A stretch of 64,000 bases of DNA from Paenibacillus suaedae. GTDB taxonomy: Bacteria; Bacillota; Bacilli; Paenibacillales; Paenibacillaceae. How positions within the stretch are numbered: the stretch's first letter is position 1; each line of letters begins with the position of its first letter. Below the pieces are notes generated by a model that saw nothing but the letters and a program-made list of their open reading frames with translations, searched no databases and was not told the DNA's origin. Location of the stretch: assembly GCF_032337355.1 (NCBI RefSeq), contig NZ_JAVYAA010000001.1, positions 1,253,905 through 1,317,904 on the forward strand, given 5' to 3'. A program made the position numbers and the translations under genes. Below, piece after piece: positions 9,849 to 18,440 of this stretch.

Positions 9849-10742
9849 ATGCCGAGTATTTTTTTGAGTCATACGAGCATAGATAAACCATTTGTTGAGA
9901 AATTAGCAAGGGATTTAAAGAGGTTAGGTGTAAATGTATGGTTTGATAAGTGGGAAATAAAAATAGGTGATTCAATAACTTGGAAGATTGAAGATGGAAT
10001 AAGGGAAAATGAATTTCTTGGTTTAGTGCTATCGCCTGAAGCTTTAAATTCAGAGTGGGTAAAAAGTGAACTGGGAGCAGCGTGGGTTAAGCAAATGCAA
10101 CAAAAAAAGGTTTTTGTGTTACCAATATATTACAGAAAATGTCAGATGCCTTATTTTTTGGCAGACCGTAAATTTGCTGATTTCAGGAATGATTACGAAA
10201 GTGGATTTAATGAGTTAGCTGCTATATTTGGTATAGATGAAACGGAAGCAATAACTCAAGATAACTGGAGGAAATTCACCAAAAACAGAAAAGTGAATTG
10301 GAAACAATATAAGATTAGAGAGTTTGAAGAATTAGTAACAACACTTGTTGATCGAGCAGTGCTACATAATTGGAGTGTTTGGGTGGGTGGAACTTCAAAT
10401 GAATACTCCATCACTCTTTATGCTTACCAGAAACCAGAGAGTAAGTCAATTTCGATTAAGCTAGTAGGTGGGAGTAATGCCTATATGGCAACATTTAAGA
10501 ATGAATCGAACCCCAATAATTTGAAAGTTAGTGATTTTGATATCTATGTTGGAAACTCTATTGACTACTGCGACGAATTTGTTTGGAGAGTTATGGAGGA
10601 CTTTAACAATAATTTCGGTACTCCAACAGAAAAGGCTCACTATTTTACTGAGCGATTTTCCAGAAATGATGAAATCTATGAGGCAACAAAAGATATGTTA
10701 AAGAGGTTTAATTGGTATAAGGGAAATAATATTCTTAAGTGA
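9849..10742 (+). CDS. TIR-domain protein (N-terminal TIR with conserved WxxxE glutamate, C-terminal domain of unknown function)
   Basis: IFLSHTSIDKPFVEKLARDLKRLGVNVWFDKWEI...FLGLVLSPEALNSEWVKSEL matches the bacterial TIR pattern (FISYSH...D...WC..EL). RBS GGAGGG. Confidence 0.8.
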   Translation: MPSIFLSHTSIDKPFVEKLARDLKRLGVNVWFDKWEIKIGDSITWKIEDGIRENEFLGLVLSPEALNSEWVKSELGAAWVKQMQQKKVFVLPIYYRKCQMPYFLADRKFADFRNDYESGFNELAAIFGIDETEAITQDNWRKFTKNRKVNWKQYKIREFEELVTTLVDRAVLHNWSVWVGGTSNEYSITLYAYQKPESKSISIKLVGGSNAYMATFKNESNPNNLKVSDFDIYVGNSIDYCDEFVWRVMEDFNNNFGTPTEKAHYFTERFSRNDEIYEATKDMLKRFNWYKGNNILK

Positions 10743-10879
10743 TTCTAAGAAGGCATGAACATCGGTTAAGACTATATCTACGCTGCGGGTTTTGCACTTA
10801 GTTAGAAGAAGTATTAAGCATAGGAGTGGGTTCAACAACGCCCCTGTGAGAGTCCGTTGGACCAAATCGCTTACGCACC

Positions 10880-10921
10880 TTTAAGCCTCTCGGGTTCGTA
10901 GATACAAGAACGTTATCCGAA
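10880..10921 (+). promoter_or_regulatory. conserved 42-nt leader motif copy 2
   Basis: tttaagcctctcgggttcgtagatacaagaacgttatccgaa is about 93% identical to copy 3 at 11878. Confidence 0.55.
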
Positions 10922-10944
10922 ATAACTGTTAAGGATGAAAAAAC

Positions 10945-11715
10945 ATGAGTGTAAATGCTGAATCATCTGTAATTACAAATGATAATGAAGAAAATAATGA
11001 GCTGAATACTGACTTAATTGGCCTCGATTTTGTTGATTTAAAAATTCAAAAACTAATGGGAGAGAAGATAGCTGACCAAAAACTAACAAATGCATTAAGA
11101 TTTCTTTTCGGAATAATAACAGTTGTAGGAATCCTGATAATATTTCATGTAATTGATACTTTTCTTTATATCGGGATTATCTTAGTCATAATAGGTGGGG
11201 GAATTTTTGGAGCGAGTTTTTCTGATACGAAACAAAGTAAGTTTGACACTGAAATAAGAGCACTTGAGTTGCAGAAACAACGGCTTGAAAAAAAGTCTAC
11301 AAATAACAACACGAGCAGGTATTTTGATAGTTTGGTATCAATTAATCTAAGAAATCTAGAAGAATATTATGATCTAGTCAAGCTTAGTAATAAGAAGTCA
11401 TTCTATTCTTCATTAGTAATGAGTTTTTTTGGAATACTGATCATCTCAGGTGCTCTCACAGTATCATATTTTAGTTCAGAGTTTAAAGATATTACTTATA
11501 TAGTAACAGCTGCAGGAATATTAGTAGAAGTAATATCTGGGTTAATGTTCTTCCTATATAGTAGAACTGTCCTGCAACTTAAAAGTTACCATGACAGTTT
11601 AATCGATGTTCAGAATGTATTACTATCATTTAAGTTAATCGAGGATACAAAAGATGAGCAAATGAGATCTGAGGTAATGAAACAAATGATAGAAAATTTA
11701 ATTAAACGTAAATAA
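10945..11715 (+). CDS. membrane protein with two TM hairpins and central coiled-coil (candidate pore-forming effector partner of the TIR protein; SLATT-like organisation)
   Basis: 256-aa ORF. Two pairs of strongly hydrophobic helices flank a charged coiled-coil segment, with no enzymatic motif. Confidence 0.55.
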   Translation: MSVNAESSVITNDNEENNELNTDLIGLDFVDLKIQKLMGEKIADQKLTNALRFLFGIITVVGILIIFHVIDTFLYIGIILVIIGGGIFGASFSDTKQSKFDTEIRALELQKQRLEKKSTNNNTSRYFDSLVSINLRNLEEYYDLVKLSNKKSFYSSLVMSFFGILIISGALTVSYFSSEFKDITYIVTAAGILVEVISGLMFFLYSRTVLQLKSYHDSLIDVQNVLLSFKLIEDTKDEQMRSEVMKQMIENLIKRK

Positions 11716-11877
11716 TCATAGTAATATTCGTGTAAGACAGTAAATTAGCATAACACAACATCGACAAAGCAAGCGACCCTGTTGCACATTGATCCTCAAA
11801 AAGAAGTAATTGACAGAAAAGCGGAATCAGTTGGCCAATAACTGCGAGCCCAAGTTTCCGACCCGTTCTATATGGTC

Positions 11878-11920
11878 ATTTAAGGCTCTCGGTTTCGTAG
11901 ATACAAAAACGTTATCCGAA
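11878..11920 (+). promoter_or_regulatory. conserved 42-nt leader motif copy 3
   Basis: tttaaggctctcggtttcgtagatacaaaaacgttatccgaa. Confidence 0.55.
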
Positions 11921-11937
11921 TCGAAAGGAATGAAACA

Positions 11938-12378
11938 ATGAAATACTTTATATCAGATGACCATTGGGATATTAATGGTTACTGGGAACAAGTAAAGACT
12001 CTTGAACCAAGAATGAGTAAGAGAGCATTCAAATTTTTCTCCTTACATTCCTTTCACGATGCAAAGGTTGAAAGTTTTTCTATTATCAATACAAGGAATT
12101 CAAGAACAATTAAATACCCGACTAGAATTGAAGCCCTTCTTACACAAGGGAATAGGAGTACTTACAAGATCATTTGGGATAAAGTGATTGGTATACGATT
12201 TGACTATTTAGCTAAGGAAAACTTGAATTGGATCGGTTTGGATGATTGGACGTATGACGAATTGACATTGAATGATGATAACTCTTTAAATCATGAGATT
12301 CAATTATCATCAGGAACATCAATATATATTAATTTTCAAAGAATTGACTACCGGCGGATTCAAAGAAGTTCGACTTAA
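11938..12378 (+). CDS. hypothetical protein (possibly N-terminal part of a frameshifted gene)
   Basis: RBS AAAGGA. It overlaps ORF 12293-12544 in the +1 frame by 28 codons. Confidence 0.45.
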   Translation: MKYFISDDHWDINGYWEQVKTLEPRMSKRAFKFFSLHSFHDAKVESFSIINTRNSRTIKYPTRIEALLTQGNRSTYKIIWDKVIGIRFDYLAKENLNWIGLDDWTYDELTLNDDNSLNHEIQLSSGTSIYINFQRIDYRRIQRSST

Positions 12379-12544
12379 GATAACATCATATTCACACATT
12401 GGACAGACGCCCTCGGGTTCAAGGGAGCTGGAGCTGTGGATACCCTCTAACTGGTTTCATGAATTAGTTAGACGTTATGGGAAATGTATGGAGTTAAAAA
12501 GATCTCAATATATAAAACCTATTATTACTCTTGATGAGTATTAA
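12293..12544 (+). CDS. hypothetical ORF (possible C-terminal part of frameshifted gene); contains internal 4th copy of CTCGGGTTC motif at 12409-12425
   Basis: Opens immediately after an in-frame stop and has no RBS of its own. Confidence 0.3.
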   Translation: MRFNYHQEHQYILIFKELTTGGFKEVRLKITSYSHIGQTPSGSRELELWIPSNWFHELVRRYGKCMELKRSQYIKPIITLDEY

Positions 12545-12634
12545 GTTCAATAAGAAGCGTGTCCATTAATGAAAATAGATATGAATTTATTTGACAGGTA
12601 TGTAGAGGAAACAGACAATCCGAGGTGATATAAA

Positions 12635-13156
12635 ATGCTAAAATTCGAAAACAAAGAATTAGAAATATATGATTTTTGGCTTCCCAAAGAAATAGAAGCT
12701 CAAATTATAAAATGTTTTGTTGGATTACATGATCAATTACTATTCCCTTATTATGCATGTAATTTCGAGTCGTTCCCAGAAGACATTGATTACATAAAAG
12801 CTCGGACAAAGTTTATAAGCCAAGATCCAGTTTTCGAAGATATAACACTTTTAAATCCAAACGATTATATATATTGGTACGAGCCTACTGGATTTGAGGA
12901 TTTAGTAGGTATACTTAATAGGGATTATTTTACTTATAGATGTATTGTTGTTCCCAAAGATGGTTCGTTGAAAGATTGTAGATTTAAATTATTCACTTAT
13001 GAGCATGCAATGTATATGGAAGAAGAAACAAGAGCTTTATATATTGAAGAAAGCAAAGAAAATGATTATGAAAATAATGTTTATCCGCTTATAAGAAAAA
13101 TTCCAATGGATATTACGAATGAAATGAATTTTAAAACAGAAGGTGAAGACTCATAA
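12635..13156 (+). CDS. hypothetical protein; paralog of 56237-56689
   Basis: RBS GAGGTGA. The shared block LFTYEHAMYMEEETRAL aligns with LFAYEHAQYHDEECTAL. Confidence 0.55.
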   Translation: MLKFENKELEIYDFWLPKEIEAQIIKCFVGLHDQLLFPYYACNFESFPEDIDYIKARTKFISQDPVFEDITLLNPNDYIYWYEPTGFEDLVGILNRDYFTYRCIVVPKDGSLKDCRFKLFTYEHAMYMEEETRALYIEESKENDYENNVYPLIRKIPMDITNEMNFKTEGEDS

Positions 13157-13488
13157 AATTACTTTTTGTATGCAGCAGAAATAAATGGAGAAGCTTAACT
13201 GCGGAGAAAATCTTTAATCTATTGAATGAATATGATGTAAGGTCAGCAGGTACTGAAGAGGGTGCTCGGATTAAGGTTACGGGTGGTCATATTGGCTGGG
13301 CAGATATCATTTTTGTGATGGAGAAGAAGCATATAAGAAGATTAAGAGATAAGTATAGTTTTGAGTTGAATGGTAAGAAACTAATATGCTTGGATATTCC
13401 AGATGATTTTACATATATGGATGAAGAACTAATCGAGTTGTTGAAAGCAAGAGTATCCGAATATATAGAAATCCCAGATGAATTTTGA
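13153..13488 (+). CDS. low-molecular-weight protein-tyrosine-phosphatase-like protein (CX5R motif CSRNKWR), no canonical start codon; possible pseudogene
   Basis: The frame is open from 13147 and encodes LLFVCSRNKWRSLTAEKIF. There is no ATG/GTG/TTG before the first tracked ATG at 13222; ATA sits at 13153. Confidence 0.45.
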   Translation: MKLLFVCSRNKWRSLTAEKIFNLLNEYDVRSAGTEEGARIKVTGGHIGWADIIFVMEKKHIRRLRDKYSFELNGKKLICLDIPDDFTYMDEELIELLKARVSEYIEIPDEF

Positions 13489-13754
13489 AAGAAATAGAAG
13501 AAGCCTCAACTGCGAACAAAAAGTGATTCATTGGAGACATTATGGGCATCAAACTTGTTCTTGTTACCGTTGAAGAGAAGGAATTATTAGACTGAATGTT
13601 GATTAACCGCTAGGGACATTTTCAGAAATTTAACATCCTACATTCTTGCATTCTCAATATGAATTTGTCCATAATCGAGTAAAGTGGTTTCAATTGATTG
13701 ATTACACTTTCCGGTATCTTGTCCAATAATATTTCTCTTAATGGAGGTATCCGT

Positions 13755-14747
13755 ATGTCGCAAGTTCAAGTTTTGGGGCTTCTGAAAAGACAGTTGAAAA
13801 TGTTCACATCTGTTGTTCTCGCCATTCTTATTTTTGGAATGTCTGTTTTGCCTGCTTTTGCGGCTACTCCTGGGAAAACGGTAAGCGCATCGGCCACGCT
13901 CGCTTACAATCTTAAAGGATTGAATCACAATGTGGCTGTACAGAAAGCTTACATCGCAGATAAGTATCTTTACGTAACTCAGCGGTCTGGGGGAACATGT
14001 TATCTTTCACGATTGCTCATAAACGGAAATAATGCAACGTACGTAGATGAAATGACCGTTACCAACACTGGACATTGTCAAACCCTCGATATGTATACAT
14101 ACAACGATATCAATTATTTCTATTTCAGTTCAAAAGCCGATCCTTCAACATCGTACAACTGGTCCCTCCAGGTGGCACGACTTACATACGCTGCCGGCAC
14201 GTCAGTTGATTATACGAATCTTCATCGGTTCACCTACATGAATTATGCGAATAAAACGGGTGCAAGACTAGGAGAAACCTATCGTGTTGATGGGGGAGGA
14301 AATAGTAAATATACGGTTTTCCGGGTACAAACGAAAGAAGGTACCGTAACTTGGTCGATATATGACACAGTGGCGTTGAATAAACTTCTTGATAGCAACG
14401 AACAAGTTCGTCTGGATAGTGCGGCGGCGATAAACGCATGTGTGACCAGTTTTACGCAGTCGGGCGATGGTATAGTCAGACCTAACGGATCTTTCCAGGG
14501 GGCTGATATGCTCGATAGCACAGAAATTTATACGTCAGGCGGAGCAGAAGGTGAAACCCCGCAGATTGCGATGATGACAAACAATGGAGCGTACAAAGCC
14601 CTCGTGAAAATTACGAATGTGGGAACTCATGAAATCGAGGGAGTACAGACTAAAAACGGTAACGTATATTTTACAATCGTTACGGATCCCGTAAATAAGA
14701 AAGATACACAGAAAGTTTATTACGTTCCTGATAGCGTATTTAAATAA
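13755..14747 (+). CDS. secreted hypothetical protein
   Basis: RBS GGAGG sits 7 nt before ATG 13755. Signal peptide with AFAA cleavage site. Confidence 0.6.
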   Translation: MSQVQVLGLLKRQLKMFTSVVLAILIFGMSVLPAFAATPGKTVSASATLAYNLKGLNHNVAVQKAYIADKYLYVTQRSGGTCYLSRLLINGNNATYVDEMTVTNTGHCQTLDMYTYNDINYFYFSSKADPSTSYNWSLQVARLTYAAGTSVDYTNLHRFTYMNYANKTGARLGETYRVDGGGNSKYTVFRVQTKEGTVTWSIYDTVALNKLLDSNEQVRLDSAAAINACVTSFTQSGDGIVRPNGSFQGADMLDSTEIYTSGGAEGETPQIAMMTNNGAYKALVKITNVGTHEIEGVQTKNGNVYFTIVTDPVNKKDTQKVYYVPDSVFK

Positions 14748-14880
14748 CGGTCAAACGGGTCAATCCTAGTGCGTAACGTTTCCTAACAGAAACCAAGTGC
14801 AGACATGATATGCCGCCATTTTGGTGGCTTATTTGTCGTCTTGAAGAAGTATTGGAGCTCACAACAGATGAATGTTTAGA

Positions 14881-14945
14881 ATGTCGACCAACATCGGGTA
14901 CATGGGAATATCGCTCTTAGAACTGCAGCTCTAATTAGATTATAT
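14881..14945 (+). repeat. about 60-bp direct repeat copy A (partner at 16622-16680)
   Basis: atgtcgaccaacatcgggtacatgggaatatcgctcttagaactgcagctctaattagat. Confidence 0.6.
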
Positions 14946-15061
14946 TTGAAATATAGACTGGAAAATATGGAAATTACAAGCGATGAGGGAGATAATAAAT
15001 ATAGGAAAGACGCCTTGTTCAATGGGATAAATATCGCGAAAGCATATGAAAGGAGTTCACT

Positions 15062-15835
15062 ATGGAACATGAAGCGTTAGTTGCTCGGTTTCTTCTTTTT
15101 CTGTCGGTTGAAAAGCAGCCTATTAGCTTGGCGTTTCTCAATGAACTTATTCAGAGGCATCAAGAGAGAGTGAGGTGGGAAACGCTGACGAAAATACTCG
15201 ATTGGGAAAAAGGAAATCGAACAGGAAACTACCTCCCTTCTATTGATACGTACATCGAGCGCATCGTGAACAAAGGGATGGGAGGAACATGTTGGACAAA
15301 TGCAATAGGGTTTCATTGGCTGCTATCCCGGCTTGGATTTTCCGTTTCTTATATGTACATGGATCCTGGCCACTTGTGTTTGCGCGTGGATCTTGATCAA
15401 CCTTACTATGTAGATGTCGGGTATTGTGCTCCGCTATTTCAGGCATACCCGCTGTATCAATCTTTTCAAGTGAAAAATGTAAGGGAAGTCTTTACCTATC
15501 GGGTATCTCAGAATGAAATTCAGATTATTCGAAACCCCGGACCTACTAAAAACCTTGATCCCAATCCGATAGCATTAGAAAAAATGACTCCGCTGATTAG
15601 GAATGCGAACAATTGGGAAACATCGCCTATGCTGCAAAACATTCAAATTTTCGGCTACATCAATGGAATTCCGACTTCGTTGAACGATAATGTGCTAAAG
15701 CAATATTTTCATCATGAGAAGGTGGAAAGACATCTAAACCCTGACGAGCTGAGAGAATGGGTTACGGAAAAGTTTCAAATCGATCAGCAAATGTACGAAA
15801 ATGCCTTAAGCATATTCAATGAGAAGAAAACATAA
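15062..15835 (+). CDS. arylamine N-acetyltransferase (NAT family)
   Basis: Catalytic-cysteine context GMGGTCWTNAIGF matches NAT (RGGYCFELN-like). RBS AAAGGAG. Length 257 aa. Confidence 0.75.
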   Translation: MEHEALVARFLLFLSVEKQPISLAFLNELIQRHQERVRWETLTKILDWEKGNRTGNYLPSIDTYIERIVNKGMGGTCWTNAIGFHWLLSRLGFSVSYMYMDPGHLCLRVDLDQPYYVDVGYCAPLFQAYPLYQSFQVKNVREVFTYRVSQNEIQIIRNPGPTKNLDPNPIALEKMTPLIRNANNWETSPMLQNIQIFGYINGIPTSLNDNVLKQYFHHEKVERHLNPDELREWVTEKFQIDQQMYENALSIFNEKKT

Positions 15836-16103
15836 TGTATGGAGCCTCATCGAGCCTGAGTACGAAGTAAAAGGAAAGTTGAGTTGGAGTTGGGCAGTTA
15901 AAGCTCTAAAGGCGGCATGGGATCTGATTCCTGATAGTGTGAAGGTAGCTTTGGGAGGCACAGCAGGTTTTGCTACGCTATTAAGTGTAATTGACAACTT
16001 TACTGGCGCTGTTGAAGATGCTGTCTATGCAGGAGCACTTGCAGTAACAGGGAACGAGACGGTTGCTTGGTGGATCACTAAAGCATTGATGTTATTGCTA
16101 TAA
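15819..16103 (+). CDS. small Trp/Ala/Gly-rich hypothetical protein (bacteriocin-like?), start uncertain
   Basis: No signal peptide. An amphipathic W-rich N-terminus precedes a GG/AG-rich hydrophobic tail. Confidence 0.3.
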   Translation: MRRKHNVWSLIEPEYEVKGKLSWSWAVKALKAAWDLIPDSVKVALGGTAGFATLLSVIDNFTGAVEDAVYAGALAVTGNETVAWWITKALMLLL

Positions 16104-16146
16104 GTAAAAGTCCTGAGTACAACTTTTATCTAGAGGTGGTGAGAGC

Positions 16147-16326
16147 TTGGAAGACAAAAAGTTCAATAAGCTAACCACTGCAACAGCTGTCATTCTCCCA
16201 ATATTATTTATTGTCACATTCTTTGTTTTGCTCAAAATGAACTACTTGGTTACAGATATTATTGCATATGTTTTAGCTGTTGTTTGGATTGTGGTTACAA
16301 TAAGAGGTATGAAACGGCCGAAGTGA
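16147..16326 (+). CDS. 59-aa two-TM membrane protein (immunity-like), TTG start
   Basis: RBS GAGGTGG about 7 nt before TTG. Two hydrophobic helices. Missing from the ORF track because it is under 60 aa. Confidence 0.4.
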   Translation: MEDKKFNKLTTATAVILPILFIVTFFVLLKMNYLVTDIIAYVLAVVWIVVTIRGMKRPK

Positions 16327-16621
16327 TGGGAACAATGCTAAAACAGGGACACCTTCGGGTGTCCTTATTAAATAAGAGATTGATTCATTAATAGGGGGCA
16401 ACTTAGTGTTGATTAACACATGATGGGAGGTTTAATATCAAAGATAATCAAAGTCAAAGACAATAATCAGTTCAGCCTGTAGATGAGTTTCAAGCACACA
16501 GCAGTCTCCTATGTTAAAACAAATAAACCGCCAAATTGGCGGCTTACTATGTTTGCATTGGAATTCTGTTTGGAAACTTTGCGTAAGGAGCCTGCCAGCT
16601 TTCATTTTATGAGAAGCTTGT

Positions 16622-16680
16622 CATGTCAACCATTTATTCGGGTACATGGTATCTTACAACTACAGCTCTAATTGGATAAT
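16622..16680 (+). repeat. about 60-bp direct repeat copy B
   Basis: atgtcaaccatttattcgggtacatggtatcttacaactacagctctaattggat. Confidence 0.6.
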
Positions 16681-16710
16681 TGGGGGTTACTTTGGCTGTT
16701 ATAAGAAATT

Positions 16711-16741
16711 AAGGATGCCTCGAAAAAGCATCCTTTTTATT
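16711..16741. terminator. bidirectional rho-independent terminator
   Basis: aaggatgcctcgaaaaagcatcctttttat. Confidence 0.75.
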
Positions 16742-17168
16742 ATTCTGTATCAGGTTTAAAGATCAAATACAGTACATAAACAATAAGTGTAGCGATACCC
16801 AATTCAAACAGCAACCTCAAATAATCCAATTGATAAGCTTCAAAGAAATCACCAACTTTTTGTTCGCTTTGCAGCTCCCAAAGAGGAACATACTTCTTGG
16901 ATTCATACTTCATTTCTCTGCCCCAAACTACTGTCACTGGAACTTTTAATACACCTAAAATTGTAATTACAATCAAATAGATGCTCAGAAAAATTCTCTT
17001 GATAAGCAAATACAGAACCTCCCCCAAAAAAAAGTTGAATGACAATAAACGACATTTGGATAACAAAATTCCAAAAAATATTTTTAATACCATCAATATT
17101 CGACAGACAGGCATTTGACCACATGTTAAATTAAGATCAACATTTGGGAATTTACCTAAATGTACCAT
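16740..17168 (-). CDS. hypothetical membrane protein (start uncertain; may be only the C-terminal 58 codons, 16740-16915)
   Basis: Hydrophobic ORF. A CCCCCAAAAAAAA homopolymer tract inside the coding frame hints at a slippage-prone site. Confidence 0.3.
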   Translation of the reverse strand: MVHLGKFPNVDLNLTCGQMPVCRILMVLKIFFGILLSKCRLLSFNFFLGEVLYLLIKRIFLSIYLIVITILGVLKVPVTVVWGREMKYESKKYVPLWELQSEQKVGDFFEAYQLDYLRLLFELGIATLIVYVLYLIFKPDTE

Positions 17169-17188
17169 ATTATAGGAGGAATGAAAAG

Positions 17189-17887
17189 ATGAAAAAAGTA
17201 TCTATTACATCAATGATTCTGCTCCTGGTCTGTAGTTTGTTTGTGTCGGTGGTTTCAGCAGATGCAGACAACATCCCACAGCCAAAGAATAGCAAACCTT
17301 ATCGTGTTCCCTTCGAACTCTTGAACCAACAAAGCATGAGCAACCAGAAGGGGGCTGTGACGATCACTATCACAGACCCACAAAAACTCAAGGAAATCGC
17401 ACTGGAAGAAGGGTTGAATGAGGTTCCAAAGTCGGTTGAGTATGAGTATTTCCCGAACGAAAATAGTAACAAAGATATCTACAGCTTACTTGCAAATGAG
17501 TACTGGCTTACTACAGAAGACAGAGGTCGTGGACACTATTCCTCGTCTGACATGTACAAAGAATTTTACGTTTATGGTCCCGACACCTTTAAGATTTCCG
17601 AAGACACAGAAGTATACTCAAAAAAAGACGGATCGTTGAATGTGGAACTGTATATTTTGTCAGGTGCTGTTGGATTCGAAATTGGAAGAAGAGATACAAG
17701 CAGATGGGAAAGTGTAACCACTATAGCAAAAAATGAAAAAATCAGATTTCAGCTCTATACTACTCATCATAAAGTAGATTACTGGGAATGGTTCGGTCCG
17801 AAATATAACAAAAAAAGCTCAAAGTGTACAGCAGCAGGGTCTGCTTACAATCCTGATGGTGTATTAATCAAAAAGACTACATTCTAA
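17189..17887 (+). CDS. secreted hypothetical protein
   Basis: RBS GGAGG 9 nt upstream. Signal peptide MKKVSITSMILLLVCSLFVSVVSADA. Confidence 0.6.
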   Translation: MKKVSITSMILLLVCSLFVSVVSADADNIPQPKNSKPYRVPFELLNQQSMSNQKGAVTITITDPQKLKEIALEEGLNEVPKSVEYEYFPNENSNKDIYSLLANEYWLTTEDRGRGHYSSSDMYKEFYVYGPDTFKISEDTEVYSKKDGSLNVELYILSGAVGFEIGRRDTSRWESVTTIAKNEKIRFQLYTTHHKVDYWEWFGPKYNKKSSKCTAAGSAYNPDGVLIKKTTF

Positions 17888-17905
17888 TGTTTGTGTAACA
17901 TATTC

Positions 17906-17940
17906 AAAAATGCCTTGTTGTATGACAAGGCATTCTTATA
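17906..17940 (+). terminator. rho-independent terminator
   Basis: aatgccttgt-tgtatg-acaaggcatt followed by a T-rich tail. Confidence 0.65.
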
Positions 17941-17990
17941 TTCTGATAGGAGTGTCCTATTTAATACCTTAAAGGTAGGAGGTGGTATTA

Positions 17991-18113
17991 ATGGATCAGG
18001 AAACTAGAAAAATTTTGAAATTTATTCTTAGAACTATTGCAGTTATTTTAGTTCTTGTCATCATCTTAATTGTTTTTGGCGTAGTCCAGTTCATCATCTT
18101 GACAAATAGTTAA
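17991..18113 (+). CDS. 40-aa hydrophobic micro-protein
   Basis: Strong RBS AGGAGGTGG 5 nt before ATG. A single TM helix. Confidence 0.4.
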   Translation: MDQETRKILKFILRTIAVILVLVIILIVFGVVQFIILTNS

Positions 18114-18440
18114 CGGACATAAGGATGGAAAATCCAAATTTATTTCCCTTATTCAGAATAAGGGTTTTTTTATTAATAGGGCAACTTTGTGTCGAGATGA
18201 TGATATATACATATAATTAGGGTTCTACTGCGAACAGCCGCACCAGATGATGTCTGTTGAACTTAAAGTTATTGCATTATAAAAAAGCTTTGATATATAA
18301 GGTTTCTAATGCAACTATTATTAGTTCACCGTACAGATGACAACAACAATAATAAATTACTAATTATTTGAATTCACCGTATCCACGAACATTAAAAATG
18401 TCCCCATGATGGACATAGGGACAGCTGCTAGTTACAAGTG

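Noticed and set aside
16483-16671. 62-aa ORF
   Set aside because: Its 3' end is the 60-bp direct-repeat copy B. It is more likely a repeat-derived open frame than a gene.
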